Origin: Chiloscyllium plagiosum
Taxonomy: Eukaryota
Direction of reading: 5' to 3'
Assembly: GCF_004010195.1 (NCBI RefSeq)
Contig: NC_057735.1
Coordinates: forward strand, 23,233,122 to 23,297,121
DNA length: 64,000 nt
Shown: positions 50,828-63,589 of the stretch, one piece after another
Numbering within the stretch: position 1 is the stretch's first letter
How the letters are laid out: each line of letters starts with the position of its first letter
Translations under genes and position numbers: made by a program
The notes under the pieces: model-generated
What the model was told of the DNA's origin: nothing
The model's input: the letters and a program-made list of their open reading frames with translations, nothing else
Database searches by the model: none

Positions 50828-50930
50828 TGAGGGGTTGGGGTAGGGATATGGATCTGGGCAGGATGTTCTTCAGAGAGTTGGTGTAGACCGAATAGCCTAC
50901 CTCCACACTGCAGGGATTCTATGATTCTCT
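50828..50930 (+). mobile_element. Decayed HE1-like SINE 3' fragment
   Basis: ...GTTGGTGTAGAC...CCACACTGCAGGGATTCTATGATTCT. Confidence 0.5.
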
Positions 50931-53289
50931 GATTACCCTGCAACAAAATGGCATTCATTGCAGCCAGAGGTGGGAAGTCAGCATGGAATAGTTAACATAT
51001 ATTTGTAAATCATCTGGTTAGTGTTAGTCATCATTCCTTATAAAATATGAGGCGTGATTTTACAATGTGCTACAACATTGAATCTTTTATTGCTCACAGA
51101 AAATCAATCATACTGATGAATTGGTTAGCAATGGAATTGACCTAGGTATATTAATGTAACAATGGAAAAGCTCAGCCAGTCATGATGCAGATCTGAAATC
51201 CAAGAACTGATAATGGAAGGAAAATCCATTTTGACTTAGATATACAAGCAAAGTAATAATTTACAATTGAACTTGTAGAGCTAATGCTCCTTGCTCTGTT
51301 CTAATTTATGTTAATGCCTAGGATTTAAGTTTGTCCTGGATTGTTTGTGTGAGAAAGCTATCCCTGCATCTATATGTAAAATCAAACTTTTAGGAAGTGA
51401 ATTTATGTTATAGTTAAGTTAATGCTGCTGTTGAGACTATCAGCTTCTTCATTCTAGACAAGAGGCAAAGAAATCAACTGGTCTCTGAGATCTTGCCTCC
51501 TGCCAAGTCTCTCATCCTTCACCCAATCCATAACCAGTAGTTAAACATGTGTCAAGGAATGGGTGTCTGATTCCTCTGCTGGGTAGAAGATTACGATTCA
51601 TAGTAGCACTAAGAAGGGTAGGGATCCAACTCCAATATTCCTTGTTCCATTTCCTTTCAATTTCCATCTGCTTGGAGCTTATTTGCCTGGTAGATTGCGG
51701 GTAAATCAAGTCCATGATATCCTAGAGATTTTCTTGAATGATTCTTCCTAAAGGTACACCAAAGATAAATGAATGAGGAATAAGATCTCACTAAGAGGCT
51801 GAATAATGCATTTATTTGCTGCTCAAGTAGACACTTAAATGTATTTGGTTGAAAAATATCCTCGATTAACCAGTAATGAGTGCAAAAGTACTGGACTGTG
51901 AAAGAGAAGATGGATGAAAGGACACAATCAATAGGTGTCATGCAATTAACTATTGATAAAGTGATCCTTGGACTTCACACTGTGATGTAGTAATACTTTA
52001 AAATATATGTGTATACTTACATCCATCCACTATTAATCTTTTTTTTAATGTTCCCACAATTACAGAAATAGATAATATTATCAAATTGCTATGGTAACAT
52101 ATAGTGGCAATACCATTAGACTGGAAAATGATCTGTTTCTGCCAATTAACAAGGAAAGAAACACAAAAATCATTGGATATTTCTAACAAAGAAAAGACAC
52201 ATTCAAATATAAATAGTCAAGAGGCACAGTTTCTTAAGAAGGGTGGATGAATTATCCCATTTTTATCCTCTCCATCTCTATGGAACCATTTATCTTTCAA
52301 TTTTAAAGAAGTGTTTCTGGAAATAGACACACTGAAGACTTCTCTGGAAATGAATGTGGATTGAAGGTTAAAAGGCAATCTCCATTATCTTCAGTGCTGT
52401 TCTTTCTTAAAAAAAAACTAGCCCAACTGTGGAATGTATATCAATTGAAAGACCGGATGTTCCATGTGGTTTTATTATTTGAAATGGATTTGACAAACTT
52501 AGATAGCTATTGAAGTGATTTTCTAAAAATGTGATTTTATGGAAAAGGACATTCCTGAGCGTTATTACGAACCAACCACAGTCAGCTGGAATTTACAGCG
52601 TGCCATGCTCCTCGCCCCTGGCTAGAATGTTGGGGGCAGCCAACTGTGATGATGGCCTACCTCTATTAATTTAACACTTGAAGCAATGTTAACTACTTTA
52701 AGGCAAAACTTACACTAGGAGGAAATCCTGACTAAGCAAACTGCCATCTGATTAGATGGCCAGAAATTTGGTAGTTCCAGCAGTGAGAGCAGTGGCCACT
52801 ACAGCAACTATTGGAAGTCTCAAGATGCCAAGGAAGTCATGTAAGTTGGTGGTCAGAGCAGTGCTACTGTTTTAAGAGCTATGTTTTACTAATTAACCAA
52901 GCTGATTCCACTTACAAAAATTTGAAGAAAACATTTACCCTGCAAAGTATATACCTAAATAAAAAATATCTCCTATTGTTGTTGGCTTTGTGAACACGTT
53001 TCCCATTTTGCCAAACAGAATTCCACATGGAATATAACTCCAAGAAGCTGGGGTATTTACAAGTATTCACAAAATTCTAATGAATGTGAAAAGATTCCTA
53101 ACTATCAAAGTTGGGAAAGGCAATCCACCAGAACGGTTCTGAGAACCTAATACCTAACTACCAGCCTACTGTCGGGAAATTGAACTTTTGCCTTCCACCT
53201 AATTAAGATCCACTATCCTCTATTCTAAAAGTTCTATGTAGGTGAATGGATGAAGTCAAACAATTGAAAGCTTTTGCTGCTGTTAATAA

Positions 53290-54795
53290 GGGGAGGCAAT
53301 GGTATACCTAGTAGATAGTGAGCAAAATTAGGGTGCATAGTATTGGGGGCAAAGTACTAACTTGGATTGAAAGTTGGTTGGCTGATAGGAAACAAAGAGT
53401 AGTGATAATGGCTCCATTTTGGAATGGCAGGCAGTGACCAGTGGGGTACTGCAGAGATCAGTGCTGGGACTGCAGCTTTTTACAATATATGTTAATGATA
53501 TAGAAGATGGTATTAGGAACTAACATTAGCAAATTTGCTGATGATACTAAGCTGGGTGGCAGGGTGAAATATGAGGAGGATGTTAGGAGATTACAGGGTG
53601 ACCTGGACAGGTTATGTGAGTGGTCAGATGCATGGCAGATGCAGTTTAATGTGGATAAATGTATGGTTATCCACTTTGGTGGCAAGAACAGGAAGGCAGA
53701 TTACTACCTAAATGGAATCAATTTAGGTAAAGGGGCAGTACAACGAGATCTGGTTTCTTGTACACCAGTCAATGAAGGTAAGCATGCAGGTACAGCAGGT
53801 AGTTAAGAAGGCTAATAGTATGCTGGCCTTCATAATAAGAGGGATTGAGTATAGAAGCAAAGAGGTTCTTCTGCAGCTGTACAGGGCCCTGGTGAGACCA
53901 CACTTGGAGTATTGTGTGCAGTTCTGGTCTCCAAATTTGAGGAAAGACATTCTGGCTATTGAGGGAGTGCAGCGTAGGTTCACGAGGTCAATTCCTGGAA
54001 TGGCGGGACTACCTTACGCTGAAAGATTGGAGCGACTGGGCTTGTAAACTCTTGAGTTTAGAAGACTAAGAGGAATCTGACTGAGACATATAAAATTATT
54101 AAAGGATTGGACACTCTGGAGGCAGGAAACATGTTTCCGCTGATGGGTGAGTGCCGAACCAGAGGACACAGCTTAACAATACGGGGTAGACCATTTAGGA
54201 CAGAGATGAGGAGAAACTTCTTCACCCAGAGAGTGGTGGCTGTGTGGAATGCTCTGCCCCAGAGGGCAGTGGAGGCCCAGTCTCGGGATTCATTTAAGAA
54301 AGAGTTGGATAGAGCTCTCAAGGATAGTGGAATCAAGGGTTATGGAGATAAGGCAGGAACAGGATACTGATTAAGGATGATCAGCCATGATCATATTGAA
54401 TGATGGTGCAGGCTCGAAGGGCAGAATGGCCTACTCCTGCACCTATTGTCTATTGTCTATTATCGTTAGACTGTTAATCTAGAGACCCAGGTAATGTTCT
54501 GGGGACCTGGCTTTGAAGCCCGCCACAAAAGATTGTGTAATTTGAGCTCAGTAAAATCTGGAAGTAAGAATCTAATAATGACTGAGAGTCCATTGTCGAA
54601 TGTTGGAAAAACCAATCTGGTTCACTAATGTCCCTTAGTGAAGGAAGCTGCTATCCTTGCCCAGTCTGGCCTCCATGTGACTCCAGACCCACAGCAATAT
54701 TGTTGACTCTTAACTGCTCTTTGGGCCATTAGGGATGTGTAATAAATGCTGGCATGACCAGCAATACCCTCATCCTGTGAATGAATGAAATAAAA
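53290..54795 (+). mobile_element. tRNA-derived SINE split by a CR1 insertion (head 53290-53312, body 54458-54795)
   Basis: Joining GGGAGGCAATGG..CCTAGT to TATTATCGTTAGACTGTTAATC restores the head seen at 22402. Confidence 0.75.
53313..54461 (+). mobile_element. CR1 LINE, 5'-truncated; same subfamily as 30051-32369
   Basis: KFADDTKLGGRVK and RPHLEYCVQFWSP motifs; near-identical 3'UTR and (CTATTGT)n tail. Confidence 0.96.
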
Positions 54796-55639
54796 CTCAT
54801 ATATTCAGGTAGAATATGTGGAAACACGCATATTGGATAAAAGTTGACACAAAGGCTATTGCAAGCAGCCTACTATCAGAATTCTGAAGGATATGTGTCT
54901 GGTAATCAATGATGCAAACTCCAGCAAGAAAAATTGACTACATATAATGGGTTAGCCAATCCTTACTTTGGTACATTAGCAATGAAATTCAACTAAGACA
55001 ATCTTGCAAACAAACTGATGTGTATTCTACCTAGTGGACACAAATGGACATTTAAGAGCAGGACTACCAGTATGTGCAGAACTCAATATTGCAATAGTTA
55101 ACAAAACAATCAAGATACTAATCGCAGCAGAATAGGTCAAGTGTATGCACATTGATGTCTACAACTCCCTACCCTGACTCCCGCTCATTGCCTTCAAATG
55201 TGCTAGTGGTAGAATGTAAAATATTGTCCATTAGTTCATATTTTACAGTGCTAACATTGGATTTCAATTACATTTGTCAAATTATTTTTATTTCCCCAGG
55301 ATAAATTATGAAAGCAATGCACAAGGGAAAAATTGACATTGAATATTAAATATGTTTTTAAATGTAACACTTTGCCATTGTAAATAATTGCCTGGAAGAA
55401 GTGAAAGACTAATTTTGTGAAGACTGTACAAGGTTGGCTTTCTCAATTATATGTTCCAGTTTACCATTTTCACAACATTGGCTTTCTGGATTTCAATTGC
55501 CAAAAAATGTCAGCATTTTATCAAGATTTCTGCTGTGTAATGAAATGCTTATATACTGTTGTATTCTGTTCAGATACAGAATAGGGATGCATATTCAAAT
55601 TAACACTAACAAATGTTATATATGTACACAAATGTAAAT

Positions 55640-56072
55640 TCCAGAATGTCTTTCAAGTCACACTGTCAGTCCATGTGACATTTTATAAATTCCTACTTTG
55701 GAAATAGAACTAGTCTGACTCAAGTTTGGGATACAGACTGACTCTAACCTCACACCTTTAATGCATTGTCTGAACTGAGTTGTCACTTTTCTTTATGAAA
55801 CCTAAAGTTATCTTGGGAATATGGCTTGAAAGAGACTCTGGAATTTACATATTAATGAATTGAAAGCAATTCTAAGTGATCAAAGACTTAACAGCATTCT
55901 AGGTTTGTTCAATACATCAAATCAGTTGTATGATACTTTGATCTTTTACTATAAATTCTGTGTTCTATGATTCTGCCCCACTAGCTACCTGACGAAGGAG
56001 CAGCAATCTGAAAGCTTGTAGTTCCAAATAAACCTGTCGGACTATAACCAGGTGTTGTGTGATTTTTAACTT
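55640..56072 (+). mobile_element. Second-family Penelope-type pLTR with a hammerhead-like core at 55989-56017
   Basis: CTGACGA-AGGAGCAGCAATCT-GAAA-GCTT. The 3' part is collinear with 43920-44050. Confidence 0.7.
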
Positions 56073-56149
56073 AATTGATGTTGTTACTGGTTTTCTCTCC
56101 TCAGGTACTGCCCCTTCTCCTCCATCCTTAAAAAAAAATTTAAACCTTC

Positions 56150-56700
56150 AACTTTGCAAACCATTGCCCCATTCTTTTCAACAATTTTCCCAGGCCTGCA
56201 CCTTTGAATTCCTGCACATGATTTACTGACTCTGCCACAAAACTGACATAGCTCTTTTCAAAGTCACAAATGCTAATTGCATAACTATAATCAGTCTTCC
56301 TTATTCTTTCTTTCTGCAGCTGATGATGTCAGCCTCCTCCAAAACCTCCAGGTCAAGAGGACTGATTCCATTTTTATCTAAACATGGGCAGAAAAGCCCT
56401 TGGACTGGCTTGACTTTCTGTTGCTACCCCATTGCCACTAGTGTCCTCTCAAAGTTATATCCTTGACTCAGTTCCTACTTACCATGTACATGCTGCCCTT
56501 CAGTGATATCATATGAAAATATAATGTCAATTTCCACATGGAAGTTAACAACACTGAACTCTACCTCACCACCACCTCTCTCATTGTCTGTAAAATTTCA
56601 GGCAATTTATCTGAGATTTAGAAAGAGATGAAATTTCTTCCATCCAAATATCGGGAAATCCGAAACCATTTTTTTCTTCCCTCACCACAAATGTTGTTCC
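56150..56700 (+). mobile_element. Decayed L2-type RT fragment
   Basis: YMLPFSDII*KYNVNFHMEVNNTELYL resembles the L2 YMLPLGDII...FHxYADDTQLY motif. Confidence 0.6.
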
Positions 56701-56711
56701 TAGCTTTCAGA

Positions 56712-57360
56712 AGAACATAGGGAATAGGTGTAGAAGTGCACCATTGGCTCCCTGAGACTATTTTGCCATTAAATTAAATCAAGGCTGATCTTCTACATGA
56801 ACTAAATTTTCATACACTATTCTCATATCCTTTGGAGTTAATAATATTTAGAAATTAATAGATCTCTGTCTTAAACATAATGACTGAGCTCACAATTCCT
56901 TGGAGTAGAGAATTCTGAAGATTTACCATCTCTTAGTGAAGAAATTCTGTGTCATCTCAGTCTTCATTGGCCGGCATCTTATTCTGAAACAGTGTGTCTG
57001 GTCCTCGAATCTCCAGCCGGGGAAACGTCCTTTGTGGATCCACCCTGTCAAGATCTGGCAGAGTTTTGTATATTTCAATGAGGTCTTGTCTTAATCTTGA
57101 TAACCCTAGAAATTATAGACTTGGTCTCCACAAACTCTCCTCCTGGAGCAATCCTGCCATTTCTAGAAAGCATTCCCTCTGAGACAAATACATTTTTCCT
57201 TCAGACAGGAGACCAAAACTATCCACAGTACTCCAGCTGTGGTCTCACTAATGCATTATACATTTGCAAAAAAGTAGTTAAACTCCTATAATGAAATCTC
57301 TCAGAAATAAATACCTGCCTACCAATGGCCTTTCCAATTGCTTATTGCTTCCTGTGAATG
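56712..57360 (-). mobile_element. Old CR1 3' fragment
   Basis: Minus strand ALVRPQLEYCG*FWSP and the CR1 3'UTR. Confidence 0.75.
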
Positions 57361-57654
57361 TCTTCAGACACTCTAATAAATTAAAGGTTTTACATAAATA
57401 CAAGTCATTTGTCTATTAATCTTATTGGTAAGCAACAGTTATCTCAAAGGAGTAAATTTATTTCAGTTACAAAACCTTTATAGTTGTTTCATCATCCTTG
57501 AGAAATGGCCCAGTATCCTATTTAAACTTCTAGTTAGCTTTCTTGTGGTGCTTTTGTGCTTTTTTGTGGTGTTTATAGCCAACATACTAGCTCATCTCCC
57601 AACTCATGAATGGCACAGGAACTTCCTTTTAACAGAGACTTTAAGAATTGCTCT

Positions 57655-58522
57655 TTGAAATTTTCTAAGGCTGATGAAAGTTTTACAAAACTAATCAATG
57701 TGGGAGGGTCGGGTGGGGATGTGAAAACAATTGATTTGCATTTTCCCTTCAGTAGGTTATCTTCACCTGATACAACAATGCTTGTGTTATCTGTTATAAC
57801 AAAAGAAACTGGGATGTGGGTAACATAACTTTGAAACAGATGCCTAGTACAGTTTATTAATATATTCAAATATTACTTTTATAGACACGTGTTTCTAGAC
57901 TAACAATAATCTGTTCAATTAAAAACAGTGGTATGTTTTCATCAATGTGTTATGAGTCAAGTGGCATAAGTTAAGATACAGTCTGAGACCTTTTATACAC
58001 TCAGATCACATGCTAACATACAGTGATGTAATCATGAGTGTGTCTCCGAAAGATATACTGATATACTAACAGCACACAACAGGAGTCACAAAACCCACAG
58101 AGTGTTTGGATACAATCTGATTTCAATGTGGATACCTCATTCAATTCTAGTCTTGAGTCTCCAATCAGTGGAAGTGATATTCACTTACATGGTGCTATTT
58201 CAATGGAACTATTTAAAGATAAATGGAAAATGTAGAGAAGATTGGAGCCATAGAAAAAAATGTTCAAAGGCAACATTCTTTTTCAGTGATAATTACTTCA
58301 TTGCAAGAAGAAGGCAATATTCCCAAACATTGGCAAGACAAAACTTGCTGGCATCAAGAAAATTAGGTCAGAGGTTATTGAGGAAATCAGTAGCTGAGGC
58401 ATACTGTCTTGAAACTTTCTAAGTCTGATAAAAGTTTTTATGTTTTCATCAGGGTGGGAGAAGTGGGATGGGGTGGGGATGTGAAAGCAATTGATTTGCA
58501 TTTTCCCTCCAGCAAGTCCTCT
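57655..58522. repeat. Dispersed ~110-bp direct repeat (57655-57762 and 58409-58522) containing an octamer motif
   Basis: The core GGGTGGGGATGTGAAA(A/G)CAATTGATTTGCATTTTCCCT(T/C)CAG occurs twice, 760 bp apart. Confidence 0.85.
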
Positions 58523-59239
58523 GTAGGAAATGGTTTTACATCCTAAACATTTCAGGAAAGATCTGTCTTATCAAGCTTATTCCTACATATCACTCCTCAG
58601 AATTACTTAAATTTCAACATAACCCATCATCCTCTTTCAATGCAATACTTGACCTCTCCATTTATCAATATAACTGCACCTCAAATCAATTTTATGCAAT
58701 GTGATGCCACTTCAGTCAGCTTGCCCCAATGAAAAAAAATTATATTCATGTCAGAGGCATTTGTGATGTATCTGTCTGTTAGTCATATGTTTCCAATGCA
58801 CAATATTCACTGGGTGAACATGTGGCTTATAGGCACTTAGACTTTTACCACTTCCCATTGCAGAAGAAGAGAGCAGAAAAAACAAGGAGAGAGCAATGAC
58901 CATAGTTGGTTCACCATGGAATGCACACTTAGCATCTACATAGCAGGAGGCCATTGAACTCTTTGAGATACCTGCATCCCTGATAATTGGAGATAGAGGC
59001 ACTACGGAATGACAGCAACACATATCTGACCCACATCTCATACAAGAGATTCACTTAATTTCAACATCGAGTGAAATACAACCATCTTAAGCTAAGTAGC
59101 AATATTTATACTATCCCCTTAATAATTCACATTCATCAATTTTCTCTACCAGAGCTACAATGTAAAGAACAGAAATTCAGGGTCAAATCAGGTGATAGAA
59201 TAGAAGATACATGAGTACCTTCCTGCACATTGCAGTTGT

Positions 59240-59385
59240 AAATGTTTTGATGGGCCCTGACATCGGATATCAATTTAAAACGTTAACTCTATTTCTTTCT
59301 GCAGTGGAGTAGCCAGATCCGCTAGGTTCTTCAAGCATTTTATCTTTTTATTTCAGATTTTCAGCATCTACAAGATTTTAATTTT
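59240..59385 (+). mobile_element. Old Penelope pLTR remnant
   Basis: AAAACGTTAACTCT...GCCAGATCCGCT...TTTCAGATTTTCAGCATCT, similar to 48872-49012. Confidence 0.5.
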
Positions 59386-61092
59386 GTATTATTGTTTAAT
59401 TCCCTGTCACTGCTTTTCTAGGATTGATCCTCTTGAAATTGTACTTTCTTCTCTTCGAAGGGATTTTGTTTGTTTATTTTATCTTGTTTATGTTCATTGG
59501 TTTCTATTTCCTTTCTTGTGTGTGATCAGGTATTTCACGTTACAATATTTCAAAGCCATATCTCCTTCCTCAGCAATCATCCCTGGCTCCAACTTATTTC
59601 ATGTGGATTCCAACTGAAACAGCATCCTTTATGTTTCGGATCAATTCATGATTGTGGATAATTCCAAGATATTTGGTTTTCCTCAAACCACTGAATTCAC
59701 CATATCCTGAAATCATCATTCAATGTGAAAGCACATGAAAGCTCTCAGCCTCTCCCTTCAGCAGTTAATCTCACTTTCTGTAGGTTGTAGTATTACCTTG
59801 GCACTTTCAGTACTATGAAGCAATGATGTCTGGGAGTTTCCATGAAGAGGTAGGACTATATCAACATGAAAAACAGAGAGTAAGTTTCCAGAGGAGGACT
59901 ATAAGGCAATTCCTCTGTAATTCTCTGATCTGTAAGGCTATTTGAACTGTTGACCTCATTTTGCATGAAATCTCTGTCAATAATAAAGGAACAACAATTC
60001 CCGTTCTCTCTCTGCAGGTTTTGTTTTGAAAGACTAGCTTACTCAGTCAGAAAGTTTTCTTTAACTAATCATTCACCGTGATCTTGGAGTTCAAAGCTTT
60101 TCTACAATACAGACACTTTTTCCTCCATCAAATACATCCATTTGCTGTGTCACTTGGGAAAAAGCATTGATTTTCCTCGTAGCCTGCAAGGATTGATTGC
60201 ATTGTTTGTCTGCTACCAGGTAGAGATTTAGCCCAATAGTTTCACGGGGCTGCACTGAAATATCCCAATTCTTGTTGAATTTGGATCTGTTAAAACTCAT
60301 TCTGCTACACAATTTTAAGCTTTGTTGAGGCATCTGTCAGGCCTCAAGAATTTGATCTTTCAGGCTTTGACTGAACAATCTGTCTAATGTCTCCATGTCT
60401 TGCTGATAGTTTTGCCTTGTATCTACTGTCACTTATTCAGAAAATCAGCTTTGCACATTGAATACTTACCCTGCACATGAGAATCTTTATTTTCTTTATT
60501 AGCTATTTGGAATTGTTATAGTTCTTTTTGATGGACATTTTCTGAGAATTTAAGTTTGTTTCTCTATGCATGATAAGCTAACATTGATGTTCTTTCAGTA
60601 CAACTGTGAAGATACATTGCATATAGTTGGCTTAACTGTGTAGCTGGGCACCATCCACTCTTCCTGAAACTTCAGCAGTGCTGAATTTGTTTTGAAGTTC
60701 CAAGGCTTCTTCTCTGCATGGTTAAATATTGCCTTCTAACTCCATATTCCCAAATATCACAGATTCTGTGAGGGTCTGTTTCAGTGCTGCATGCCTCTAT
60801 GATTTTGCTTTTGGACGTCTCCTTCCTTGCAAGTGGTCTAGGCTTCCACTATTGAGGTAACATTTACAGCTAACCAGGGTTGCAGTTACTGTTACTCGAT
60901 TTGCCTCTGTGCAATAAGCAGACAACTATATTTCTTCTTTTGTTTTGATAAAGGACTAACACTCCTTTTAAGAGAGAGCTGGACTTTCAGGAACAGAGTT
61001 ACCTGAGCCCAAAGATACAGGGAGGTCCAGAATTTCAGACATCAATAAATTAACAACTTGAGTGATGGTTTCCTTCTCTGTAACTATATGCT

Positions 61093-61358
61093 CGGAGAAA
61101 ATGAGGACTGCAGATACTGGAGATCCGAGTCGAAAAGTGTGATGCTGGAAAAGCACAGCACTGGGCAGCAGGATAATCACCATTTCGGGCATAAGCCTTT
61201 CATCAGGAATGTTGGGGGGTCTGTGGACAGGGGAGATGAGGAAACTGTTGAAATCAATGTTGATACCAAGCGATTGGAGGGTCCCAAGGCAGAAGATGAG
61301 GCATTCTACCTCCAGACATTGGGCGGCTTGGATTTGACCGTGCAGGAGGCCCAGGACC
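61093..61358 (-). mobile_element. Short Penelope fragment: GIY-YIG C-terminus and pLTR with hammerhead (61181-61206)
   Basis: VLGLLH...LIFCLGTLQSLGINIDF; CTGATGAAAGGCTTATGCCCGAAATG. Flanks ATATGCT at 61086-61092 and 61359-61365. Confidence 0.85.
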
Positions 61359-61899
61359 ATATGCTGAAAAAGCATCCCTCTTGTGGCACTGGGGTGGTAC
61401 CCTATGTCTAGGTTCAGGTCCTACCGACCTCAGATATGTGTCATAACAGGTTTGAACTGGTCATGTAAATTTTTTTATCTGTGCTGAAAGAGCAAACCAC
61501 TGTCTGGAGTGCCCTCTATTGGCTGTTTGGCATCTTCCTTTCCCACCATTTTCAGCTACCATTTTGAGAGTTGCTAGGGCTGGAGCATCTGTAATGGAGC
61601 GTGATTGTTGACATTCTGAGCTTAGGTCAACATCTTTGGGATCTACCATCTGAAGAAAATTTAAAGTATGCAAGTAACTCCTCTTAATAAAGAATCAGAA
61701 AGAAGACCTCTGTATTCTCTCCCATCGCAGCAAAGTGAAGCATGCACTTAATTTGATTCTAGCATTTACTTAATTCCAAAGTTGAATGGAAGATTGTGTG
61801 AGTATTCCTGGGCTCAATCACAGTGTAGCATCTGAAAGGACTGATATATCTGCCCTGGTATCCAATTTAAACTAATTCTCCTACTGTTTTATGTGGACA

Positions 61900-62275
61900 T
61901 TTGGGAGGTAGTCCGGAGAAGATTGACTAGATTGATCCCAGGTCTGAGGGACTGTCATATAAGGAGAGCTTGAGTAGGTTGGGTCTGAGAAAGGAACTAG
62001 GAGCAGGAGTAAGCATTTCAATCCCTCAAGCCCACGCGATCATTTTATAGCATCATGGCTGATCTCATCTTGATCTCAACCCCACTTTCCTGCCCACTCT
62101 TCATAACCCTTCACCCCATTGCTCATTAATACTCATTAATACTTATTGGCATTTCGAAAAAATGAGAGGTGACCTTATTTAAACATACAAGATTCTTAGA
62201 GGACCTGACAGGTTAGATAGAGAATGGCTGTTTTCCCTTATGGGAGAGCTGAGGACCAGAGAGCGTAATCTCATG
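61900..62275 (+). mobile_element. CR1 C-terminal fragment with an antisense CR1 3'UTR piece nested at ~61988-62135
   Basis: RRLTRLIPGLRDCHIRR before the insert and MRGDLI*TYKILRG after it. Confidence 0.7.
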
Positions 62276-62859
62276 ATTTCTACCAAACGTATTTAAAGTA
62301 TTGCTAAAATCCCTATGAATCTTGCATCCCTAATTGGAGGCACATCAGGGTATGCCTGCTGGTTTCAGCTGGTATGTTGCTGAGCAGAGGTGGTTGTTCC
62401 ATTAAAAAATGGGGTCAGTGAGCTCACCTCAGGAGGTAAGAAGATCAGTGGATTATCCCACCACCACCCCTTCGCTGATACTAACCATTCATCTGTCTTA
62501 GTTCTGCAGAGTAGTTGAATTTGGGGATGAAATGTGTTCAGGCAGTTGTTCCTGGTGGCTACCTACAGCCAGATTCAGATATGTTTTCACAAGTAGATGC
62601 TTACAATTATCAGCAGTGAGAAGCTTGGCAATTTCTTTGCCTCTAGCAATGGGGATGCTGAAGCCAATTTTAGCCACTATCCTTGCTGAAAATTGGTAAA
62701 CATGGTAGAAACTGGAAATCAAAACTGCCATCTTTTTGACCTGATATGCTTCAGTACCACATCCATATCCCACTTTTTGTTGTTTTTTTCTCCTTTTCCG
62801 AGTCAAAAACTGGAAAGCTTACTTAGTCACACCAACAATCTAAATCTCACAATAGCAGG

Positions 62860-63000
62860 AACAGAACCAAATAAGTTCCAGAAGGCACAGTACAGCAACA
62901 CTTCACAGGAGGCTCCAAAGCATTGAAGATGTCACCTAATTAGGAAACGAAACATCAACAAATCAACTTCCCAGCTCAGTGAACATACCCACAACTACGG
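62860..63000 (+). mobile_element. Penelope pLTR remnant with a degenerate hammerhead
   Basis: TTGAAGATGTCACCTAATTAGGAAACGAAACATC, related in layout to 37726-37759. Confidence 0.45.
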
Positions 63001-63047
63001 CAGATTTTTCTTAACCAAATTCTTTTCCCTTCCGCGTTATCTTCAGC

Positions 63048-63375
63048 GAAGATATTTCCACTGGCAGGAGGGCCCGAGGGCACAGCCTTAGAGTAAAGGG
63101 AAGATCCTTTAGAACAGAGATAAAGAGAAACTTCTTCAGCCAGAGTGGTGAGTCTATGGAATTCACTGCCACAGAAGGCTGTGGAGGCCAGGTCAATGAG
63201 TATACTTAAAAGAGAGGTAGATCAGTTCTTGATTGCCAAAGGGATCAAAGATTACGGGGAGAAAACTGGAAAATGGGATTGGAAAACCTGTCAGCCATGG
63301 TTGAATGGCAGAACAGATTTTTTGGGCCGATTGGCCTAATTTCTGCTCCTATTTCTTAGTCTTATGGTCTTATTA
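63048..63375 (+). mobile_element. CR1 3' end fragment
   Basis: RGHSLRVKGRSFRTE and VSLWNSLPQKAVEA motifs; 3'UTR and TCTTATGGTCTTA tail. Confidence 0.85.
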
Positions 63376-63589
63376 CTTCTTAATGTGTTTTTAATGTCAT
63401 AATTCCATTCTGTTTTAAGTACTCAGATTTTAACAAAATCATTGAAGACAATTGTGTGGCAATTGCAGCGGATTCATTTGCAAACCTACATATTCTATAG
63501 CATTTGATAAAAATGCAAGACACCTATTGGAAAGCTGATTGTATGTAGTTCTATTAATGTGCAGACTGTGAATGTGAAGAGTAGAGAAT

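Noticed and set aside
57700-58520. Immunoglobulin V-gene promoter/RSS hypothesis from the octamers and ACAAAACCC at ~58088
   Set aside because: No leader or V exon, and no CACAGTG heptamer at 12/23 spacing.
58600-59041. Possible Harbinger transposase N-terminal remnant (96-aa minus-strand ORF)
   Set aside because: Only a vague resemblance; no catalytic DDE motifs are visible.
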